Origin: Octopus sinensis
Lineage: Eukaryota
Assembly (NCBI RefSeq): GCF_006345805.1
Contig: NC_042998.1
Span: forward strand, 157,232,001-157,296,000
Length of the DNA: 64,000 nucleotides
Direction of reading: 5' to 3'
This document shows positions 22,681-35,795 of this stretch, piece by piece. The notes under the pieces were generated by a model. That model ran no database searches and was not told the origin of the DNA. It saw only the letters and a program-made list of their open reading frames with translations. Every line of letters starts with the position of its first letter. Position 1 is the stretch's first letter. Made by a program: the position numbers and the translations under genes.

Positions 22681-25600
22681 TGTTGTATGCTCCATCTCCA
22701 ATGTCGTGGTACCGCCACGATATTGTGATGGATGGTTTAGATACACTGTACCTGTGTAATAATAGTAACCAAGATAACGATGCACCCGTAATAACAACGT
22801 AACGATCCAACAATCTCTTCATGTACCAACAATCGAACTAAGCAACCTACACCTACCAACTTCACTGCTGACTCAACTCGAACTAACATATACAAACTTC
22901 ACTCCGACGCTCGGTCCAGTCTATTTCTCGCAAGGGGACGTCGTGAATCTCATCACCACATCTTCCTTTTCGGGATTTCGACTTCCGTAAGAAGTGAAAT
23001 TTATTTTCTTCTTTCTTTTTCCAGCAACTCTCCCCCTCTCACTCTCTCTTTAAAATTTAATATCTTTTGCGTTTTGGCATTATTTCTCAATGTACAGTCT
23101 GTTTCTTTTTTCTACTGCTGCTTCTAGGAGGCTCAATCTCTTTCGGTGATGGCACCTCAAACATGCCACAGCAGACTTCTTTTCGTTTTACAGTATGTCT
23201 CACTTTTAATTGGTTTAGGTGTCTCTTATATCCCAAACTTTATCCTTTAATTATATACATCATGTTACCTAATCATTCAGTTACAAAACCATCCTCCCAG
23301 CCTTCTTTGCTATTCTTTAGAATTTTAAAATGAGCTTTATCTCCTACTTCGAAATGTTTTGTTGCCTTTTCTGTATTTCCAAGAAATATATTTTTACCTG
23401 GCAATAATCGATTTTATTTTTCGTGCGAACGTTAACTCTTCCGGAGACTTTCGTGAACTAGTATTCGGACTGGGCGTTACTCTATACACCCTCAAGAATT
23501 TCGTTAGCGCTTCGTCATTACCTACGTTATTCCTCGCTATTTTTTAACGCTAGCTTGAAAGTATCAACGAATTTTTCTATCAGTCCGTTTGACCTCGGGT
23601 GGTAGGGCAGATAAAAATATGCTTTATCGCATGAATTTTGTAGAAATTTTTGAATTCATTATCCGTTCCCTTATCTGATACCAACGTGTCTGGAACACCG
23701 TATCGGGCAAATAATTCAGACAGGAACTTTATTGTTGTCTTTGCGGTTGTCTTTGTACCGCTATCAACAACGATTAGATAGTATGCGTCGTTCACCGGTC
23801 CAGCATAGTCGATATGTACGCTGGACCACAGACTATTCGTTTCGAGCCACGATTGGCAGTGCTTTGGCTATTACCGCACAACCTCTAGATGATTTTACAT
23901 AATTTTTAATGTCACGGCCCATAGTCAGCCAATATACATAGGTCCTCATTAAGGCTTTCATTCTCGACATTACAGGTGTCCCCTGTGGAATTTCTTCAAT
24001 ATTTGTTTCTGTAGTGCAGTTGGCATTACCACTCTTTGCATGTATATTAAAAAGTCATCGCACAGTGAAAAATTATTCGAATTTGTATTTTTATTTTGCT
24101 TATTTTTCAACATTTCTTTCATTCTTTTAATGTAATTATTCTCTGCGGATTTCATTTTCATATCATGCGCTGTCACTGGTAGTTTGTGAATAACATTACT
24201 ACACAACGTTTTTAGTTAATTTTTTTCTTCAATTCAGCTGCCGAGTTCTTTTCACTGGTGGGTCAGCCATTTAATTTTTTTTACAGTACCAGCTTATTGG
24301 GATATCCCGTAAGTCAAATAATTCCAACCAGTCGGTACCAAACAGATTGGTTGCGTTCTTTATGACGAAAACTTTCGCCTTGCTAATTTTTCCTCGAAAC
24401 CTGACATCATTCCACATTTCGCCTACAAGGTGTAGTTTGTTACTCGTCACGCCACGTGCAGTTTTCGCTGTTTTTCTTAACATAGGTTTCCCTATTTTCT
24501 TCCACGTAACTAGTTGTAATTTAATTTGTAATTTAAGTAATCTCCGTTTAGCTTTACATGTACAAATTTTCTTATTTGGGAGTCGATTTTACTTTCTGTT
24601 AAGAGCACTTTAGGATTTTTTATATTCGATCTTCGTAATTTAGTTCTGCAATGTGAAGTTTTGTGTCCAAACTTTTGACAACTGTAAAATTGTTTGTTTT
24701 TAAAAAGACAATCTTTTCTGAAATGTAGGCTTCCACATTTGTAACATGGATTAGTACCTAGCAATCTTCTTTGCTTATACTTTCTCTGTCGACATATCTG
24801 TATTTTTGCGAAATCCTTTTCCTGAATTTTTCTTAGGTCATGTTTTAGGTTCACCATTCTTTGATACTCGTCTGCAACAGTCAAGGTTTTGAAAGTATTC
24901 TTGCCCGTATTTCTGTATCTTAATTTGCTGTAAGGTCTTGTACAAAAATGGCGCATTGAAACATCTCAGGAGTAAGTCCTTTAAGGTTAAAAAGTTTCAC
25001 ACATTCTGTTGACTGTTCCTGCATACGTAATAAAATCATCATCCGCATTTTTTTTTAGTTAAATTGCAACAATTTGATTGTTTCCTGAAAATAAATTTCC
25101 CTAGACTGTTTGGGCAATATGAAATTACAGTATGGTTCATGCTCGGATGGAGCCATTTTATGTAATAATAACCTTATTTTTTCTTCGTCCGACCATGTTT
25201 TGAAAAATCTTCTCATACCTTCTGTAGTACGCTGTAAAAGTTATACCCTCCTCTGGATTATAACTGAATTCTGTTATGGAGTACGATACAACGTCTGCCG
25301 AAGATAAACTTACCGCATTTCTGGACTTCTTTGCGTATAGCTCCAATAATTGTTGTAGTTTTTGATGTGCTAGTTGCTTCTGCATCACCTGTTGCTGTTC
25401 TTATTGCTTTAGCAACTGTATTATAGGAGCTAATAAGTATTCCATCATTTAACAAGCTGTATCACGAACAAGTTAAATAACCTACGTGAGCTTCGAAACC
25501 CTCGTCAGATGTAACCTCTGTCTCCAGTATCGTGGTGCCGCCACGATATTGTGACGGATGGTTTAGGTACACTGTACAAGTGTAGTAATAGTAAACAAGA

Positions 25601-25722
25601 TAACGATGCAGCCGTAATAACAACGTAACAATACAACAATCTCTTCACGAACCAACAATTCCAAACACACTAACCAACCGACATCTTCCGACTTCGCTGA
25701 AGACTCAACTTGAGCTAACACA
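22681..25722 (-). mobile_element. Decayed Ty3/Gypsy LTR retrotransposon, RT/RNase H region deleted
   Basis: 3' LTR 22681-22960 (TG...CA on minus) preceded by purine tract CCGAAAAGGAAGA; partial 5' LTR 25510-25722 followed by PBS-like TCTGACGAGG; gag knuckle CYKCGSLHFRKDC; integrase VHIDYAGP...LIVVDS...FARYGVPDTLVSD. Confidence 0.9.
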
Positions 25723-27359
25723 CTATTTCTTTATTACCCACTAGGGGTGACACAGAGAAATACATCACAACACATTGGGGACATAGAACAATTTAAAATT
25801 ATGAGAAATGAATTTTAAAATAAAAATGATAAAAATGAAAGCGGTGCTGAACGGCCCCATCCGCCAGCACCACTTACCTGTCCTTTATCACCCATTTCCA
25901 ATCACAAGTCCTTCCTTTCCTATCACACTCTTCGTTTTCCTTTCATACTTCTCTATCACTTCATCCTGCATTGGCACTGTCATACATTTTATACACTCTT
26001 CCTCACACCTCCTCACCAATGTGTCCATAAATTCATCTTTCAAAACCGCGTAACTACCATCTTCATGTTCGCGCCATAAGTCTTTATGTAGTATTTTTTT
26101 TGAGTTCTGGGTGTCCTTCTTCCTCGCAACACATAAAAAATAGGTCCTGGGACTTTGTTCGTTCTGTGTGTCTGCATTTGCTTTTGTTTTTCCTGTTGGC
26201 GGGGAGTGGGTGGAATCGCTGTTTGCAGGGGAAGGATGAGACTCAGAGGGTACGGGTGGTGTTGGGGTGGGTTGGGTTTCGTACTGTTTGCTTTTTTCTT
26301 TTTTTTCTCCCTTCTTCCCACTCTTGCTGGTTTTCCTCCTCTTCAGGTGCTTCCCTTTCTGTTTGGTTCTCCTTTTCTTCAGTGTCTTCCTTTTTTTTGG
26401 GGTTCCGTTTCCTTTTCCTTTGGTGGGGGTGGGCAGTTGGCTCTTATGTGGCCTCTCTGGCCACACTTATAACATCGTGGGGCTCTGCCCTCCACCCACA
26501 CTCTCATAATAATGTTCCCTGTTCTTATAGTATCTGTCAGCCTTTCTATTGTTTCCGCCTCCGTCTGTATATTCATGTCCAAGGTAGCACCTCTCACGCC
26601 TTCGTATTTCATAGTGGCGTGGAGGATGTCCACCTTTTCCTCGTTTCCCTTAATCACCGCTGCCGTTATGTATTCACCCTCTAGGTGTGGGGGTATTCCC
26701 TCCACCCTAAATCTTGTGGTCCTTCTATTTAAATACGAGGGCAGTAAGTATATCTTCTCCGTTTTTACCACCTTGGCTGCCATTTTTCTGGCGACGTTCT
26801 CACTTCTATATTGAACCGTTACAGTTCCATACTCCATTCTTCTTGTCAGGTAAACAATTTCCTCTCCAGTCTGTTTCAATGCCTCTTCAATAGCTTCCAT
26901 ATTTACTATCTCAATCCTTCTTCCTCCATTCACGTACACTCTATATTTGATGGTTCTACGGTTGAACCACTCGCCACGCTTTGCTGGAGGTGACAGCTCG
27001 ACTTCGCCGTTCTCCTCCTCTTTCATAAAATCCTGGAAGCCTGGTAATTTTGCCAGGTCTACCTCTTTTTCTTTCGGCCTCATCACTCCTGCATACGTCT
27101 TTTCCAGCCTTCTATCCATTTCTTCCACTGCTCTTTCCAACTCCTCCTCAGATGACGATAATTCCGACAAACTTTCAAATAAATTCTACCCGGCCATCTC
27201 ACCCGGCCATAATCACCTCAGACAGACAACGGCCGCCAGAACAGACGCCGTGTGACGCGAAACCGTATCAACAATTATTCAAACAATAAATATTTAAATA
27301 ACAAATATGGCAACTTACAATAGAAATACTCCAGTTCCTCAAAACACGTACGACCTGAA
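25723..27359 (-). mobile_element. Tx1-related ORF1-only non-autonomous retroelement, copy A (~1.64 kb)
   Basis: 5' UTR, gag-like ORF1, short 3' UTR ending GGGTAATAAAGAAATAG, no ORF2; flanked by direct repeat CAACTTGAGCTAACACA at 25706-25722 and 27360-27376. Confidence 0.88.
25888..27197 (-). pseudogene. ORF1 gag-like protein (CCHC knuckle) with an early stop and a frameshift after the knuckle
   Basis: YLLPSYLNRRT and MRVWVEGRAPRCYKCGQRGHIRANC align with array-1 ORF1 (MLLPSYMGKRT, MRVSVEGRRPRCFKCGEKGHVRSNC); in-frame ATG at 27197 has TAG at codon 4; C-terminus continues in the frame ending at 25888. Confidence 0.85.
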
Positions 27360-27376
27360 CAACTTGAGCTAACACA

Positions 27377-28999
27377 CTATTTCTTTATTACCCACCAGGG
27401 GCTACGAAGAGGGGACATTACAAAACATTGGGAACATAGAACATTATAATTAAATTTATGAGCAATGAATTATTAAATGACAAAATGGTAATATGAAAGC
27501 GATGCTAACGGCCCCATCCGCCAGCATCACTTACCTGTCCTTTATCACCCACTAGCAGTATCGCCCGGCGTTGCTCAGGTTTGTAAGGGAAATAACTATA
27601 AAGCATTTTTAGAGAGTTATAGCCAAAAAATAGCAAAAAAATGGAAAAAAATTATGGTAAATTTTTTTGAGAGTAAAAAAAGGTGGAGTTGCGTCCCCTA
27701 GACAGTTTGCGGTTTGTGTTTCTGATTCTCGACCCCATGTCGAATTTATCGATTTTTTTCAGAACTGGGGGAACTTTTCAAAATCTTCGCTGCGTTAGTT
27801 TTGAATTATGACATTGGGCTATGTGTGTGTCAAGTTTCATCAGAATCGGTTGAAAGCCGTGGTCAGGGTGAGGGTACAAGCAAACAGACACACAGAAACA
27901 CGCACAGACAAACTGCCGTTTATATAGAGAGAGATTTCCAATTACAATTCCTAGCTTTTCTATCACACTCTTTGTTTTCCTTTCATACTTCTCTATCATT
28001 TCATCCTGCATTGGCACTGTCATCCATTTTATACGCTCTTCCTCACACCTCCTCACCAATGTGTTCATAAATTCATCTTTCAAAACCGCGTAACTACCAT
28101 CTTCATGTTAGCGCCATAAGTCTTTATGTAGTATTTTTTTTGAGTTCTGGGTGTCCTTCTTCCTCGCAACACATAAAAAATAGGTCCTGGGACTTTGTTC
28201 GTTCTGTGTGTCTGCATTTGGTTTTGTTTTTCTTGTAGGCGGGGAGTGGGTGGAATCGCTGTTTGCAGGGGAAGGATGGGACTCAGAGGGTACGGGTGGT
28301 GTTGGGGTGGGTTGGGGTTTCGTACTGTTTTCTTTTTCTTTTTTTTCTCCCTTCTTCCCACTCTTGCTGGATCTCCTCCTCTTCAGTTGCTTCCCTAACT
28401 GTTTGGTTCTCCCTCTACTTGGTGTCTTCCTTCTTTTGGGGCTCCGTAACGATTTCCTTTTCCTTTGGTGGGGGAGGGCAGTAGGCTCTTATGTGACCCC
28501 TCAGGCCACACTTATAGCACCTGGGCGCCCTGCCCTCCACCCACACTCTCATAATAATGTTCCCCGTTCCTATATTCTCTGTCAGCCCCTCCATTGTTTC
28601 CGCTTCTGTCTGTACATTCATCTCCAAGGTAGCACCTCTCACGCCTTCGTATTTCATAGTGGCGTGGAGGATGTCCACCCTTTCCTCGTTTCCCTTAATC
28701 ACCGCTGCCGTTATGTATTCACCCTCTAGGTGTGGGGGTATTCCCTCCACCCTAAATCTTGTGGTCCTTCTATTTAAATACGAGGGCAGTAAGTATATCG
28801 TCTCCGTTTTTACCACCTTGGCTGCCATTTTTCTGGCGACGTTCTCACTTCTATATTGAACCGTTACAGTTCCATACTCCATTCTTCTTGTCAGGTAAAC
28901 AATTTCCTCTCCAGTCTGTTTCAATGCCTCTTCAATAGCTTCCATATTTACTATCTCAATCCTTCTTCCTCCATTCACGTACACTCTATATTTGATGGT
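27377..28999 (-). mobile_element. Tx1-related ORF1-only element, copy B (5'-truncated, interrupted by a Helitron)
   Basis: Colinear with copy A from the 3' end up to TTTGATGGT (28999); 3' UTR and knuckle region diverged from copy A. Confidence 0.88.
27552..27934 (-). mobile_element. Non-autonomous Helitron (383 bp)
   Basis: Absent from copy A (TCACCCA|TTTCC). On minus it starts with TC, ends with CTAG preceded by a GC-rich hairpin (CCTGAGCAACGCCGGG), and sits between A and T without TSD. Confidence 0.88.
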
Positions 29000-29779
29000 A
29001 AGACCATAGAGATGGTAAGACCATAGTGGATCTTCTTTTAACATAATGCATGTCCACTTACAGGTCATCACTCTTATATATATGTACAATAATTTTTTCT
29101 GAAACTTTTTTCTGAATCTAACAGTTATTTCTAGCCGTTCGATTGATATCGTTGGAATTTCCTGGTATTAACTATGAAATTTCCTGGTATTAACCATGAA
29201 ATTGAAAACGAAACGCTACTGATACTTCAAAATCTATGCAAACCATAGCACACAGGCTGAATATCAAAAGACCGATACTTCTTATGTATCTCATTAGTCG
29301 AAATGCATTTAAAATTTTTACATTTATATTTATAGCCTACGAATTCTGGCTTGTATGCCTTAAGATAGGGTCAGATCACCAGAGTTTACCGATAGAAGTG
29401 TCACTATGGAAATAGATCCCGCAAAGTTGTACAATTTACATTGAGTGTCTATGTGGAATCTACTTATGTCGCTGAGGTGATGTCACTGAGAATATGATAT
29501 ATGCATGATACACTAATTAAAAGTTTGAATTTGTTAATGAGATTTTCGTAAATTTAACTGGAAAAGAGCGGTGGATAACATAATCAATAAACCGCCGGAG
29601 AAACATTCTAAGTTTGATTTCTAGAATGGTCAATAAAATAATGTTCAGTCGATTTAATCAACCGTCAGCCAACCCAAAAATGTTTGGCGATGTGCATGTA
29701 TTAGAAGTCAATTTATTGAAGTTGAAATTACAAAAGCGGTCTATTCCGTATCGATTTCTTACATTGGCTCAGTCACTTA

Positions 29780-29925
29780 TTTAATGGGGAGGGGATATAA
29801 TCGATAGAATCGATCTCCGAATACATTTTATTTCATCAATCAGAAAAAGCAACGTCAGTTACAGCGAGGTTTGAACTCAAAATACAAAGAGACAAAATGA
29901 AACACAGTTAAACATACTACCATTC
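29780..29925 (-). mobile_element. Degraded SINE fragment related to 61034-61244
   Basis: Degenerate match to the body of the 61034-61244 element (ATCGATCTCCGA...TTTGAACTCA). Confidence 0.45.
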
Positions 29926-30055
29926 ATTCAACTGTTTCCTTTTATCATTGATATAACATGGTGACAGTTGATAAATTCTTACTTACCTCATAAATTTTAT
30001 TATCATGTCGATTTATTTTATAACTCTGGGAAAGTTGAAAGATTAAGTCGAATAT

Positions 30056-30140
<85 letters not shown>

Positions 30141-30147
<7 letters not shown>

Positions 30148-32744
30148 GCCATTCATCAAATAATAAAACACCAGATTATTGGCTGCAAAAAACCCAGATC
30201 CTATTTTATAAACCCAGATGTTAGAAAATAGGTATGTAATTGGTAATTCAATGATAAAATAAGTTATATGACAAAATTAATACAGAATTTAATACTTACT
30301 TAATATCATATGGCAGCTAATTGTCAGTTTCGTACACATCCACATCATTTTCATTCACTCCTTTAATAACGAGACTCAATTCACTACATCTTTAATAAGT
30401 TTAGTGTTCGGTTCCCAATAAATGCATGACGCTCCCCTGTAATTATTTGTTTAGTCGGTGATCATTTCGGCCTTCAACCTATTAGTGAACTTTATCTTTG
30501 TGCAATTTACTTGGGAAAATATGCACTCCACGCACGTTGATGAATGAAGTAACACTGTCAAATTAGTCATGAATTGTGCCAGCCTCTCAAATTTAGTATC
30601 GTCAAGCCCGTCTTTAAGATTGCGTATGGAATACCAGAATTCAGGGATGCTTTTTGAGGAAACAGGAATATCTTTATATTGCCGAAATAATCTCCACTCG
30701 TCGTCTAGTTCATCAAGTGTGTTTTCTGGTGCAATTTCAGGACAGAATGATGCCAAGGGAATTACCGACTGCGGAGAGCGTCAGTGAGATTGCGTGCTAC
30801 TTTTGGATCAAGTATTTCTAAGAGGGCAAATACTCCAGCTTCATCGAGAGGAAAGCACATTTTTATTTGGGAGCATAATTCTATTAAACATTTTTTGTAG
30901 TCAGTTTTGAATCTAGCTGAGTCACCAGCGATGGGGTTTTGTTCTAAATATTTGCGCATCCACACTCATATCTGTGATTTGTTGTGTTATTAAGATCAAT
31001 ATGATAATTTAGATACAGCTAAAACAGGCTCTTTTATAATGCAACTAAGGATATTTTTATATTCACTGGATACAAGTATATGAAACAGATGCAGTCAAAA
31101 GTGTTCCGATTGAAATTTGACATTAAGAGCAATTACTTTTTTAAATATATAATGTAAGAAGAGCAGCATGTGTTTCGTCCCTTTGTTAATCATTGTTTCA
31201 TAGATCCTTTTTGCTCCGTCTACTTTTTCCACTTTAGTCTCTGACTGAAAATAAAGTACAAGGGCATCCCACTGTTCTATTATAACGTTAATTACATTTT
31301 CACACGACAACCCTCTAGTTTGCAAAAGCTTTGGAACCTTGTTTTCTTTTGTGTCACTTTGTAGGATATTGAAATCATTTTGATGTATGCTACTTCAAGA
31401 AAAGTAAAAAGTTAAGTTCTTTAAAAATGACTCGAGATACGAAGATAACACCTTCACTGCATAACTTGAACAAACGAATGGCAAACACAGCCTATTGTAA
31501 ATAGTCGGATATCTTTTCTTAATGACTTTTGAAACCCGCTCTTGTTACCCATCATTGTTGAGCAATTATCGCTGACAAATCCAAGTATGTTGCTCATAAA
31601 TACATCTTTTGTAAGCGTAGATTTGACAGCATCGTACAAACCCTGAGACGAACCATTTTCCACTACAATTGCATCCAGAAAAGCATCCTTGACATTAAGC
31701 AATCGTTCATCAAAAAAAGCGAACAACAATTGCAAAGATTTGTGTCACTGAGATGTCCGTACTTTCATCTATCAATAATGAAAACTTATGTTTCTTGAGA
31801 ATTTCCAAGATTTCATTTTGTTCATAATGTGCAATTCCGTCTTGCATAATGTATGTTAATTTTTTTTTTTTTCTTTTGTAGATTTTTAGCTGTTTCACTA
31901 TCGGGAAAGGCATTCTTACAAATTTCAGTTAAGTGATTTATACGGATGAAAGGTATGTGATGTTCAGCAACATAACGTGTTAGTAGCAAATCTGCCTTAG
32001 CTACTTTTTCATTAAATGTGTCATCTGTTTTTTTAACAATAAATGAATCTAATTTAATAGCAAATTTCGCACACTCAAAAGCTTTCTTGTGTTTGGCAGT
32101 GTTTTTATGAGCTAACAGCATTGATTTGTTAACACTTTTTAATACAACGTTGCAACAAACGCAGTAGCAGGTGTCAGGATTTTTATGATCTTGCCGTAAT
32201 CAGACTTTAAACGCAGCATCCTCCAGCCACGACTTCTTGAAATTTTGGGTGTACCAATTCCTTCGCAAAGGGTTACAAAACAAAAACACACACTCAAAAT
32301 GTTGTTAAACAAATTTCAAATCGCGAGTAACAATCTAAGCATACACCATCAACACAGTCAAGCTGTCAACTGGTGGTGTCAGAGTTTCAGACAAGTATAC
32401 AAGCGGCCACCAACGCGTTGTAACTTGTAGCTGCCCGGTATGACACAAGTATAAACAAATAATGAACGCATACGATCACCTACAATATTTGTATCGATAA
32501 ATTTATTACGTGAGATGATTATGGATGATGTATAGAAAGTTTACAAAGTATTAGAACGGGCGCAGCTTTGGTACATATTGCATACAAAGAGTATGACACC
32601 GAATTCTCTTTAAAAGATAAGTTTGCAGCCTAAAGTAACTTAAAAACCCAGATTTAATGTAAATTTGGAAATTAAAACCCATAAACCCATCATTGCTTAC
32701 CCCCCCCCCCAGATCTGGGCAGAAAAACCCATCAGTGGCATTCA

Positions 32745-32746
<2 letters not shown>
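30141..32746 (-). mobile_element. Decayed hAT-superfamily DNA transposon between two (TA)n tracts
   Basis: Fragmented transposase: N-terminal C2H2-like finger (CYCVCC...HKNTAKH), FSLLIDESTDIS, SDNCSTMMG...CVCHS, QTR(W)LS, LHSSTCVECIFSQ; degenerate terminal inverted ends. Confidence 0.85.
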
Positions 32747-32833
<87 letters not shown>

Positions 32834-32954
32834 ATGTGTGTGTATGTGTGTCTGTGTGTGTATCACAATCTATATTTTTCTCTTTCTCTCTGTCTCCCCT
32901 CCCTTCCTCCTCTCCCTACCTATATACTCTACCTATATAACTTTATCTTTGATT

Positions 32955-33360
32955 TTTTATCTGTTTCAGTCATCAGAATGCGATCATGCTGGGGCACTCC
33001 CTTGAATTTTTAGTCGAATTAATCGACCCCAGAATTTATCTTTTAAGTCTGGTACTTATTCTATCGGTCTCTTTTGCCGAACCGTTAAGTTATGGTGACA
33101 TGAACACACCAACACTGATTTTAAAGTGATGAAAGGGAGGAGAGACGCAGACACCTGCACATAGATATATATATATATATATATATACATATACATATGA
33201 CGGGATTCTTTTAGTTTCCGTCTACCAAATCCACTCACAAGGCTTTGGTTGGCCCGAGGCTATAGTAGAAGACATTTACCCAAGGTACTACGCAGTGGGA
33301 CTGAACTCGGAACCGCGTAGTTGAGAAGCAAGCTTCGTATCACACAGCCACTCCTGCGCC
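32955..33360 (-). mobile_element. SINE family 1 copy
   Basis: Reverse-complement match to 21699-22114. Confidence 0.85.
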
Positions 33361-33789
33361 ATAAATGTGAATGATTTTATTAAATTTGAATTCAATAGAG
33401 GTATTATATTTCTTGCCGACGTTTGTAAAATTAAATAGTTTATTACTTATTGTTAATTGCTTATTATTAATTTCATTGTTTTAAGTACTCATTAATTTTT
33501 ACAGCTAAATAAACATGGAGGCTATATATTTCTAACTAACACGTAATAACGTAATGATACGTTATTACAAGTTATTGCCATACTCGCTGCATGACAGCTA
33601 TAGCATACATGCAATAATAAATATAATTTGATTTCTCCTGTAACCAGGGTAAATATATCACATAAACTCTCCATGGAATTTATTGACGTTGAAATAAGAT
33701 TCGTGCACATGATCACGAATAAATTATTATATTGATAATTCTACGTTAATCAGCAGGGGGTTTATATGACGATGCAAATAAACTGAATG

Positions 33790-34350
33790 ATTCTTCAAAC
33801 CATTTGACTTTAGTTGGTTCTGCCTCTATAGCAACGGGAATATTCTTCATTTACACATGCTAGATTCTGCAACTGCTTGAGATAACAGTGTAGCCCCTGA
33901 TCACTTTGTAAGTGACCTGAAAAATCTATGCTAAAATGTTTACAAGATGATAGTCTTATGGACATGAGGTGCAGCCTTTCTTGGACATTCAACCTTTACT
34001 CTACCTCACACTTTGAAGGCTATGCTTTTGCCACCAAGATATGGAGATTGCTACAAAAGAGAAAGTGAAAACCTTGGAGCCTCACGATGAAAATGGCGAT
34101 TAGGTTACATTCCTGTGGAAGACATCGCACATATGATCAGCAAATGTCATCAAGGTACCATATCACAATGCAACATAACATTGTCGCTCAAACAATATAC
34201 GATGCCATGAAAAAGAAAAGAAGTGACCTGGGGATAAATACAGAGAAGCCCTTACTGTTACTGAATACCTGCAGTCATCAACTTGAGGAATACAAGAGGA
34301 ACGTTCCCATTAAAATGTCTAAAAAGTGCATATATAATAAAGTGTGTGAT
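33790..34350 (+). pseudogene. Old R4/Dong-like (RLE) non-LTR fragment
   Basis: Degenerate TLEGYAFA..., RYHITMQHNIVAQTIY (YxxRHxxVA-like) and NVPIKMSKKCIYNK (pre-PD motif region). Confidence 0.45.
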
Positions 34351-35734
34351 AAAGAATGTTATTTGAATTACATGTGTAAATCATGGGACGAGCTTCTATG
34401 TAATTTCTCTGTGCCCAGTTTCACTGATAAAGCGGGAATTGATTAAAAACTATAGCGGGAAACATTTGCCCAGGATTCGGTGAGATATACTGAACGTTAT
34501 ACCATAATTCCAATGCGAGTCTCTAAACCCTTTGGCCATGTCTGGATCATGTAGATATATAAACGTAACATAAAATCCTATATGTGAGTATATGTACAAA
34601 TATCTATCTAGGTTTATGTGTGCCTCATGTCCGCGTAGAATTTATTTGTCAATTTTCTAAAAGGGCAGGAACTCAGAGTACTGTATTATAACTGTGTAGA
34701 GCACTTTTTATCATTTACCCATACATGTAGTCATAACACCACGCACACACATACATCCGCACATATTGCACACATACATATATGTATACGCACATGCAAA
34801 CGCACGCACAAACAGACGCACACATATATGTCTGCATGTAAGTATGCATGTGTTTATCTACATATACATATGTATATATGTGTACATATGCATATATACG
34901 CACAAACAAATACACATAAAAATATATATTCGAATACACATATATTTTGTGATACATGACTTCGTATGTCATGTACATGCAGTCTTTATTCCTAATATTA
35001 ATTTCGGTTGTGTATATATTGTTATGATTGAAATTACTTGTTTGCACTCGTATGAGTGTATATATGTATGTGTATCTGTGTATGTCTCTGAATGTGTTGT
35101 TGTGTGCGTGTCTGTGTATGTGTGTTTGCGCCGTCGTGTTTGTGTGTGTGTGTTCACTACTTTGGTATTTGGTCTACTATCGTTTTCGTTTCCCCATTAT
35201 TCCTTTCTTTACTTATTAATCTTTTAGACTAGTATTCAGTCAGTTTGTCTTTCCCAAGAATAACTCTTAGTCTTTTGTCTGCCACTGCAAAATTACATTA
35301 CTGGTAGTGAGCCAACGCATCAACTAAATGGTCTCTGAATCACTATTCACAAAGTGATGCCAGAAGTCTTGTCTTCTGTCTGTCTTGTGTACCTACATTA
35401 CTCAATAAAGCTTCAGCATTGATCAACAAACATTAAGAGTTTACAAGAAAATAAAAGGAACCCATTTGTTGCTATTACGACAATCGATATTTCAATCAGG
35501 TATGGAAATCAATTCATTTAGGCACATCGAATAGCATTGAAAACGTCTCTTCTAGTTGTTATTGATCGAGGAGCCAAAGAGAATTTTGTTGAATTTCACT
35601 GCCAGTAAAATAGAATGGAATTACAAATAATAACTCTGTAATCAATACAGCTGAACGTTAATAAAACATGTTGCTTTAACAGGAGTTTCTATGATTTCAG
35701 TAGAAGTGTCTCACTTAAAGCCTATTATTTACTT

Positions 35735-35795
<61 letters not shown>

